NCBI GenBank assembly: GCA_051294905.1
Contig: CM119372.1
Span: 13,578,001-13,642,000, forward strand
Length of the DNA stretch: 64,000 bases
Source of the DNA: Botryllus schlosseri
Taxonomy: Eukaryota
Direction: 5' to 3'
Positions 47,621-58,300 of this stretch are shown in pieces. Every line of letters starts with the position of its first letter. The first letter of the stretch is position 1. The notes below the pieces were generated by a model. It was given only the letters and a program-made list of their open reading frames with translations. It had not been told where the DNA came from and made no database searches. The position numbers and the translations under genes are program-made.

Positions 47621-49369
47621 ACACTCTTTACACTCTCACACTCGCTAAGCGTACAGACTACAGAATTGCGGTAGATGAAGAATTGGTAAGGGTTGCAGTT
47701 GCAGAGGTACAGATTAATATTATAGTGAATAAACTGCCGCTTTGAATCGATGATTTGTTGCGCCACGCTCAGGATAGTTTCCAATAAAGCGATATGAAAA
47801 CGATGAACATCACCATCACACAACGTAATCGAAAAATTTGTGTGTTGAGGTCTGTGTAAGTCTCAAGTCTACACTACATCACTGCATGCACATTGCACAA
47901 TGCACAATTGCACATGCACATTGCACAATGATTACGTCACCAGATTAGACTGTGTGAGTAAATGAACAGGCAAGGTTGATTGTTTGATTGTAAACAATTC
48001 TGATTTCTCTTTCGATGGCATTACTGCGGCGCAGTCAACTCCAAACTGTATTTTCTAATTACACATGTCACAGCATACGTCGGGATAACAACTGAATTTT
48101 CGAATATAATGCAACTGCGACATGTTAATTCACCTTAAATTATTATTAAACTTTACATATCGTTCTTCCTTTCAAACAAATCTTCACAATACTTCCCGAT
48201 TTTCGTCGGCCAAATTTTGCAAGTTTTTGAGGTTGATGCATTGTTTATATAATACTAAAAGAGCTTCATGATTAGACTTCCAATGTTCATTTTTAAGAAG
48301 TTACAATATGCACTATGTTTTCGTTTGGTTTTCGTGGCGAGACAGAACGATAGGAAAGTATTTCGTTATACCTCAGAAATTTACACCAATCACAATCAGA
48401 TACAGATACAATACAATATGTCGTTGAAATGTTTAAATCGAAGAATTTTGATTTAGCCTCTTCTTTCTATCCACCTGAGATGAATAATACATTTAACTGC
48501 GTTAAATGTGACCAGCCGTAGAAAACTATAATCAATCATTCACTTTTTCTTCTATTCAACTATTTCCTGCTTGATTTCATATATATTTGTCAAGCCGTTC
48601 GGTGAGATGATCCATAATATCATAATTCGTGATCAAGACATAATCACCAGCCCGCAATGTGATAAATTAGCGATTGGCATGGACGTCCGTTATTTAAATA
48701 AGGTAATCTACGTTTCCATTCCGTAAAGTTTACGTGTAACGGGAAAACCCGAAAAGTAGGCCATACTCGTGACTTATACAACATGCTGTCTAAATTAAAT
48801 ATATTCAATATTGTACTGCAAAATATACTCCAAAAATCAAAGCTGGACCCAGTCAGGCCAGAACATTCACAAACTCCGCCGTAATCACTACCAATTCATC
48901 GGCCGACCCATTCAAAAAAATTTCTGTTCCGCAAAGTTTATATGTACTTCGGCGTGATTCGACAAGTGATCGTGACTATATACGTCATTCTCTTAAGTTA
49001 CAAATATTCAATATTGTTTTGCAAAATATACTCAAATGCAAATCAACGTGGAAACTTGCCAGAGCACAGCGTTCGTGAACAGCGCCATTGTTACTATTGC
49101 GCATGCATGTGGTAACTGAATTGGTCGCCTGCCTCAGACAAAATCGCGTCATTAATCAATTAGTAAACTTTATTTACACATGACACATTGATGACTTCAA
49201 TATACTCCGAATAACATCTCGTCGAATTATTATTGTTATTACTTGGTTTGTCCAGGATTAAAAATGTTAGATTAACTTTCTTGTATATGGATACAGGTAT
49301 ACATATCCGTGGTACGTATTGCCTTGAATCTCTCCATTGATTCTTCACAAATATGCCGACAATCTGGAC

Positions 49370-52300
49370 ATGATTCCAGCGCAAGGTGGTGAAATGGACT
49401 TAACGATGTACCGATCGCCTAACGAACAAGTCGGTGAAACGGGGGTTCAACAGGAACCCACATACGGAACATTTTCCACAAACGATTCCGGAAATCCACT
49501 TTCGGGCGATATGACACTTGCGAAAGACGATGAAAAACTGCGCGAAACAAATTTCGATCAAAATGAATTGATGACTACAAGTGATTCGATGCCGGTATCG
49601 CCAGGATACTCGTCAAATGAAGAGGGGCGGATCAAATGGGACGGGGATCGCGCTGAGGACAAGTGCCTTTCGACCGCTGGTAAAGAGTGATAATTATTTC
49701 TGGCAGATTTTATACATTCTATGTTTGAACTTCGTCTGAAACTGGCATCCTGAAAGGTTCCAGGACCAGGGACCCTGGTGTCCATATGGTTCGTAATCAA
49801 ATTGCACAGGTGAACACACCAGTTATATCGATAGCTATTTAGAAGTAAATATACACTAGAGTAGGCACTTTTAGCGAACAGATTGTCTTTACACCCAAAG
49901 GGCCGAAAAGGGTGGTACACGAATACAGAACCTAACTCAGAATTATATCGCGATCATAAATCCTATACGTTCCTACGTGAATGCATAATTGGGATTAAAA
50001 TGTTGTACTCGATTTATACCGTGGTATAAGTCTGAGGTATAGGTTCTGGTTTCGTGTGCCATGGGTATATATTCGCACCCGTATATCAGGGGTGGTACGC
50101 GGATGGAAATACACACTCTAACTCTTACGCACTCTTTCCAGCTCTTCATCAGAATATAAATAACACATTTAAGGAATCCAACTGATCCAAGTAACTTAAA
50201 CCGCTTTTTGACACTGTTCACGAATGTTCCTATTTGAATTGCCCATAAATTTACGATGCCCGGAAATTTGAGCAAGCAAACTATCTTTCAGCAGTGTGTT
50301 CTATCAAACGCCAATCAATATCTTTGCGTGTACTGCACCATGGCCATGACTGCACCAACATGAAAATACTACTTTGCATTACTTAAAATAAAATGGATGA
50401 TAACAAGTTTGTTTTTTAGGCGATTTCGGTAAAGGAGTCTTTGCATCGTTGCTGAATTGTCCCTTCTGTGGTCGCGGATACAAGCGACTTGCTTCCTTGA
50501 ACGAGCATATAAAGTACAGGTATAAACGCCGTCCCTTTTCGCTGGTGAATCAAGACGATCTTAAATCCGATGACTGTATTCTTATTTGGCACAGGCATCA
50601 AAAGAATGATGACAACTTCGTTTGTAACATTTGCCATTACACGTTTGCGTACAAGTCCCAACTTGAAAGACATTCCGTGACACATGCACCAGGCAGAGAC
50701 AAGGTAACGGAAATCATAAATATACATTCTCTATCATTACACTCCATTCGTGGAAGTATACAATTCTATTTTAAGATCGCACGCCGTTTAAAATATGATT
50801 ATTATACTGTATCGCCGTGGTGTTATGTATTACATGTGTATAGAAACTGTAATACTGTGAAGCTATCGGAGACCAGAGAGTAACGAGGATATCTATTGCC
50901 AAGGTATACGATTATGTGATGTTGGGTGTATAAAATACTCTTTTGAATGGGCGATTTATAGCAGTTGGCACGGAGCCTACGATATCATAGGCCCCGGTTG
51001 GCATCTATGGATTATAATATACGTATCATTAGTGAATTCCTCATTTGAAACATAACTCGCTGGAATGTCGGTTCTAAAATATCCTATAGTTAATGTGTTC
51101 ACACGGACAAGTGCGGCTTTGCACAATAATACTACCTGTATTTCGCGTAACATTCGAGGCGGAGATGTTTTTACATAAAACTTTATATAGTTCCGGAACT
51201 ATATAACTTTCTGTTCAATAATTGAAAATCTGACTATCTATCAATTTCAGTCAATCGTATATGAGGTATGACCAATTGGACAGTCGACCATTTTGTTATC
51301 ATCCAACATTTGTCATATTTTTAACCGAACCAGAGAACTTGACTTCACTTTCCAATTTAGCCGTAGTAGGGTTTGATGATGCATGTCGAAAACTTTCACA
51401 TAATTGATAACAGTGACGATTAAGCCACTTCCTCCTCTCAACGGTACATGATCGCGTCATCCGACCAGGCGCTGACGTCACGAAAATAACAGTTTATTTT
51501 GTAGATACCTGATCTCCCCAAACCGTCGTTCTTTTGTATCACCGCTAGCATGTTGATGCATTTTTAATAAATCTGCCCATGCTCATAGACTACGAAACGA
51601 CCCAACGGGAATGAGTCAGGTCTAACGAGACACAGGCAATCAGCATTGTCGGGTCTTTGAAACGGAGTAATATCACATCACCTGCGCTGGATGTCACACA
51701 TGTCACTAGCAATTTATTAGTCGGGTTATCGCAATGTTGCTGTTGTTTAATAAAACTGTGGTCTAAGGTTGAACGCAGTTTGACAGATATTGACGTCAGC
51801 TGAATGGAGGAATGTCGGTATGCATGCCAGCAGTTGAAAATCGCTTTGAGCGACCAAATGCAACTGATATAGTTGATATATACACGACTGAGACTATTGG
51901 GAATATCGTCTCTAATAGGACACGCGACTCCGAAACTAGACATAACCAGGGTCAGGTGATGGCGGTTTGAGAATCATCAATTCAATGCTATGCATAATTG
52001 CGCGTATCAGAGTCCAGAAAGTTTTGGTGTAACGACGCTTTCTCTGACTAATTTATGCTTTTTGAGACATTAATCAGAGACGGCACGAGTGACCACTGAC
52101 CAGTGACCATCGGTAGGGTGTGACTTAGCGATCGCGAATCGACCGAGTGTAATATGATATAAGCTGCACAGCAGTTGATAATGTTGGATATTTATGGAGG
52201 TAGAATTTGAATATCAAATCTACGATTTCAACCTTAAATAAAAAAAAAAGACTAGTGAAGATTGACACCCGGTGCTAATGTCAATATTAAACCGCAGACC

Positions 52301-55300
52301 GAATTGACCGAGATTTTATCATCCCGATATACCGACCGAGTACTGCACTCTTTACAACGATGTTGTTGTTGTTATTGTTATTGTTAACATTACATGGTGT
52401 TCGAACACTAAGCCCATAAGTTTAATTACACTTAATCCATATCTAGCGACTTGAAGATCGGTCCACTTTTGTTGATTCTTCCTACGCGGATATAGGTGGT
52501 GATGAACCTCAAAACACACAAAGTCGGACTGGAACTTTTTCAATGATGGATTGGTAGGAGTAGCCTACTCGTCCACATTCCGATTATTTACACTACACCA
52601 ATATACCAAACAAAATTTTAGCGTAATATATGAAACACCCATCAAGTTCACCTTAATCAATCATGACTGTTTTCTTGAAGAGACGCTATTGACACGATGA
52701 ATCGAGACGGGTAAAAGTGGTGTAATCTCATACGCCAGCGGACAATGTGTCATACGCGCGTGTTTAACTCCCAAAGGAGTCCGTTATGCGTATTTGAAGG
52801 ATCAGCAACATCTCGTCGTTCCCAGTCAGCATGCGCTTTGTATCAAGGAAGTGCTTTGTATACGATAATGTTGTTACCTGCTTATCGGATGGTCGATTCT
52901 TCAAACGGTTGAGTTAGCGTCAGGTATACTGTGACATCATAAACTGCCAGAAAAAAAACGAACAGTCGAGCGTAAACGTCGTTCCGGTGTTCAGCTACAA
53001 CAACGTCCTTCCATCGCGTTTGCTTCAAGCTGAAACAATCTACGGGCTGTGTGACATTGGCAGCGTTGTATGTTCACTACCGGATCTATCTGCTCCACCA
53101 CGAACCCATCAACAATTTATATCCCGACTGGGCAGGGCATTTGTATATTACCCATTAACGTCATCAAAACACATTGGACATAATGAACTTGACTTTGTGT
53201 TATTCGGAGACCATACATCGCCAATGGAATGATTGATGCATTTGTTCACCCTTAATTTCAACTTCCTCATCAAAGTCGTTCTGAAGACAACATCGTACAG
53301 CTTGCACCAAATCGCGAGAGGTCATTCTGGCTGCTCTCAGCAATATTGTCTCGGCGACTGCGTTCCGTAATCGTGAACACTCTGCTTCGATACTGTATAT
53401 ATCAAATTGTTGTTATTCGGGATATCATACGCTCCCATAAAAAGTGTTGTCGTAGATTGCGGTTGGATATACCACAGCTTTCGGTGCATTGAAGTAAAAA
53501 AAACTCAACGTTGGTCACAAACATTCGCTATTTGCTTTGTACGGTCGGGATATCAAATGTTGCGTCGCGACCTGCCCGTCATATCTTCGCACGGGCAATG
53601 TTTCTTCGGATCATTCCGTTGGAGTAAAAGGGCGCAAGTTCTCGAGTTTCATCTGCAGCAGGTATGTGCGCACTTGCAGATTAGTTCTGGAATCAAAAGC
53701 TTGCGACATCGGTTAATATTTCCTCGCCGGTCGTTGGCGCTAAAAAGCGCTACTGTGAGCATCAGCAGTCAGCAGTGCACTGTCACAGTAGGATGAAAGT
53801 ATAGGACTCATGATTTTGATGAAGCTGATCAATTTGATAATACTATGACATAGTTCAGGGGTTCTCAACCCGCGGCCCGCGGGCCGCATGCGGCCCGCAG
53901 ACGTTCATTTTGCGGCCCGCGACATATTTCACTATGAATGCAGCTGCTACTTACACAGTATTGTTACATATTAATTTAGCTAATTTGCTATTTTATCGCA
54001 CTGTCTCTGTGTCGTTTGATTACTCATTCTGCGATGTGTTCTGGTTTCTTGATATATGCTCGAGCTTAGATTTCAGGGTTGTAATCAAGTCACAAGGCTC
54101 CGAGTCATAAGTCAATATCACTTTTATAGTTTTGACCCGAGTCGAGTCATTTTTATTCACCACCGAGTTAAGTCCGAGTCCAAGTCTAGCGAACAGCGGG
54201 TCGAGTCCGAGTCGATTTCAAGTACCAGTACCAATAGACGAAATCCCAATAGTGTGCATGGTTACTTTACTGTTCTTAGAAATTACAATGAAATGTCGGG
54301 TTTGGCCGTCTGAGTGTCACGTCGTATGACTTGGTTCGAGTCATGAGCAATGACTCGAGTCAATACACAGATTGAATCGAGTCAAGTCGAGTCATTTCCG
54401 TATTTTGAGAAAATGACTTGAGTCAAGTCGAGCCATCATAAAATCGAGACTCGAGTTACTACCCTGATAGATTGTTATTGTTTTGAATCGGTAATTGGCT
54501 GGACTCTGGTTCAAGAGAATCCATCTGCGTAGTACACCTTTACAGTGTTTTAGTCACCGCGAATGGTTTGAATAGAAACACGAACAAAGGCAATCAAACG
54601 GTGAAAATCTGGTTAGTATAACTTTGCCTGGAACAATGAATTTGCTTTCTCTGATATAACTGGAAGACCGATGTGTCTTATTTGTCGAAGAACACTAGTC
54701 GTAACGAAGCGTAGAAGCTTAAAATGATACCATGCACGGCAGTTTCTTCTGGAGTTATGCATATCGCCTGATCTTAGAACAAAGCGTCGCTAGCTAGGTG
54801 TCAAGTCCGTCAATCCATATTTCGAGGCATTGTTAAAATTGCCGACGACGTTAATTACAGACACATCGTTCAAAATTGCTTGAAATATCGCTAAACCCAA
54901 AAAATCCGTTAGAGAAGGTGTGTTAAAACCGTAACGTACCGTGCAAATATTCACGGTTTCCATAACTTAGCAGCCAGGACAACATTACCTGACAAATTTC
55001 GAATCTATACAGTTGTCTGATTCAACCGTGGCCAAAATAGTAACAGCAATGTCAGTCAATCTTTTATCGCATGTTCTGAAACACGTTACCGCGTGGACTA
55101 CGTTAGCCTAGCATTTGACGAATCCATCAAGTCCACAGCTAATTTTCTTGGTGCATTTTATCAGAGTAGACATATTTGCAGATAAATTACTGGGGATATT
55201 GGCAGGGAAAACGTGATGAGTTCGGTTCTCTGGTGGAAGGGTTTGAAGGTGCATATACCGACTTGTCAACGAATGCAATGCACGCCCAATGAAGTGATTT

Positions 55301-58300
55301 ACTTGCGCCGCTGGCAGATGCATATTCTCACAAAAAAACAGCAACTGCAAACTTACGAGCCCAGTGCAATAATGCTTTAGAATGCATAAGAATGTACTAA
55401 ATGCCCTTATACGACTAGCAAATAGGCTACAGTAGCCTAAATTTGCTAGTAGCCCACAAATACATGTTAATAATTTTCTGCGGCCCGCAGCGTCTTTTGC
55501 CGTTGAAATGCGGCCCATTATACAAGCGAAGTTGAGAACCCCTGACATAGTTGAAATAGGATGAATTTTTCATTTTCTCTTCTACCCATCGCTATCTCAC
55601 TTTCTTAAATCGGATGTATAGTGTGGTGTATACAATACATAGATGACATAAAATTCATCAAAATCGCGATTTGCAAGCATATATTCGTTTCTTAAATTGT
55701 TTATATTACGTGCTTAATGAAGGCCACAGAACTTTTATATCACAATAAATTTGCAAGACGTTTACACACGGGATACTGGTGAAACGATAATTCTTCGTTA
55801 ATCCGGAACTGAACCCTATGCATTTGCGATTATTTTCCAAAATAGTGTAAGTAGGTAGGCCATAGTTATGGTAAAGGTGAGATAAACTTCAACAAAAGTA
55901 GCACAGATAGTGTCGGGTATGAAGCACTGGCACGTCCAAAGGACTAGAACCGAAAATGATTTACGTTAGGAATTGATCTATATATCATATCGGAGTGATA
56001 CTGAATCGAAATTGTTATTTCTCTCTTGTTAGTCAGCAGCCCTGTTGTATTCATACCCCAGATATGTTCCGTAACGCAGTAATTCAGTGTTTTTTCAATG
56101 TACTTTTTGCTTACTTACATTACGTGAATAGTTTAATTGTAACACCGCTTCCACTTTAACACTTTATACGACCAAAGCTGTGACGTTTTGCTTTTGAAAT
56201 TTTGTGAAGTAGGAAATAGTCGCAGAGTAGTCGTAAAACCCGGTGATATAGCTGACAGATAGTTAAGCGAATTTAGATTTGGATTCTCGCCTATGTTAGT
56301 GGCCACATTTGTAATTCTTAATTTGTCGCGGATATGTATCTTGCAATATTGAAAGTTGCCGCGGCCGATTGAGTATTACGAAAGTGTGGCGTCAGCTCAA
56401 TTCAATCCAGTACTTCGTATTTATTTGGGTACTTCATTGTGATGCAGTGATACTGACAATATCATGCTGTTCAAAATGGTGAACCCAGTGCCTTTGGCGG
56501 CTAGCATCAAGGTATAAATTGTCACTTACACTATCATCGCAAAAGAGATAGATGTTCCATAGTTTTTAATTCAGAATTGGCTCGACCTTAAGTCAGAATA
56601 TCACCGCGTTCTAGTTTAGATGATACGCAGTGTGCATAAATAACATCATAGTCGGGCAGTATTCTCCTATTTGTGGAGACGCCTAAATTGGGATTACCTT
56701 CTGTTCTTCAGGAAGACTATTTCTGACTAGAGAGTATGTTCTCGGCATATATGTATACCATATGGACACCTAATATACTGGTGCGAATGTTAATTCTCAT
56801 GTACGCTTTATTCGTCACTTCCTGCTTCGCAACGGATCTGATCTAGGTGGTTGTAGATTACGCGTCCTCCGTAGTCTATACGTCATGTGGTATTTTATTG
56901 TTGTGATTCACCATGGGGAGGAGTAGGCTATATATTACCTCTTCCTCGGCTATTATACACTTGCATCAATCCACCGGAGCTAATTATACTTCCAAATCGA
57001 AATCTGGAGAGTTTACGTAGCACGGCAGTGATGGATGCTATGCAAAACGTCACCTTCGCAGGTAATCGAAACTCGTAAAACATCAACAGCACTAAGCCAC
57101 GTGTCCCTGGGCTTGTAGATGCAACCCACGGGTATACATGTTGCACTTTTCGAAACTGGCGTATCGCCTCAAAGTCTTTACCGGGAGTTCGATTCTCAGT
57201 CACGATCTCCAGCTTGCACTTTCCCGAAATATTCACGGAAAGGTTACGCTTCTGACTCCTCCGCGCGTATATGGTCATTCATTTACCTCACGGTATGACT
57301 CCGCGATGATGAAAATGGTGAGGTTTGTCAAGTCCTAATGAAATTCGAGGCATGACTGGTGTCGCAGCGTGTTCCACGACACTAACCACTGAAAGCGGAC
57401 TTTTTCAAATGCAAATCAAAGTTTACGGCACTGCGCGGCACATGACCGTATAGCATGAGACTCAAACAATCATCCATAAAGCCAGACAATATTATCAGTT
57501 TCTTTCACTACAATTATATAACACTGTGACATTTTCGGTAATCATAACTCCAGCAGTATCGTGAGTAGAACGCTGCCTCTTCTGAGTGAGATGACCTGAG
57601 TAATTTGCCCATTATCACAGAAATTGTCATAGCAGATTTTTAATAATATTAATGATAAAATTTGATTTTGCAAATATTCCAGCCGGGACCTACGATACGA
57701 CTTACTATCGTAGGCCCCGTTCCAGCCTAATTTAAGTTTTATTTACCATCGTTACTTTGTAGTTAGGTGACAATCGATTTTAATGAGATTTGTGTGTAAT
57801 TGTGAATCTACATTCTACATATTATGTGCTGTGTCCAGTGGCCAACCAACAAAACCAGGCTCAAGAAAGTCTTGTACAGTTAACGGAAGTACATCTCCAC
57901 CTCGTCGGAGACGATTTTGTATTTTACTGTGATTTTTCTCAAACGGAGCCTACGATACTCCGAGAAGATTCCCCGAAAAACATTATTCCAGGGCCATGAA
58001 AATTGTATAGTATAGGGTAAAATTATAGTTTTACCGAAAGTGTGATATTTTGAAAGCTATACGGGTCGCTGAAAAAACACAGTCATGTTATATATCGCAT
58101 TGCGAAAAACTCCTGTCTTTGCGGTGTACGATGGGACACTAGAATTTTTTAATTTGTCAAGTTAGGACGTAATCAAATATGTGACATCAGTATTTCAATA
58201 TTGTATTTAAATGTTGTATTAGTAACCTCGTACAAATTTTACCCTAAAAAAACTATCTTCTGTAGCTTCGCTTCTGGATTTCGCTGCATAATAAAAGGCC

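Larger units (their letters stand above)
53856..55544. mobile_element. Internally deleted Buster-type hAT element, 1689 bp, in the long ZEB intron
   Basis: TIR CAGGGGTTCTCAAC / GTTGAGAACCCCTG with perfect TSD ACATAGTT (53848-53855, 55545-55552). It contains a transposase remnant and a nested MITE. Confidence 0.94.

Noticed and set aside
52700-53750. Coding-like minus-strand stretch with a possible RING-like trace ([18 protein letters not shown])
   Set aside because: It needs several frameshifts to assemble, so I cannot support it without a frameshift-aware search.
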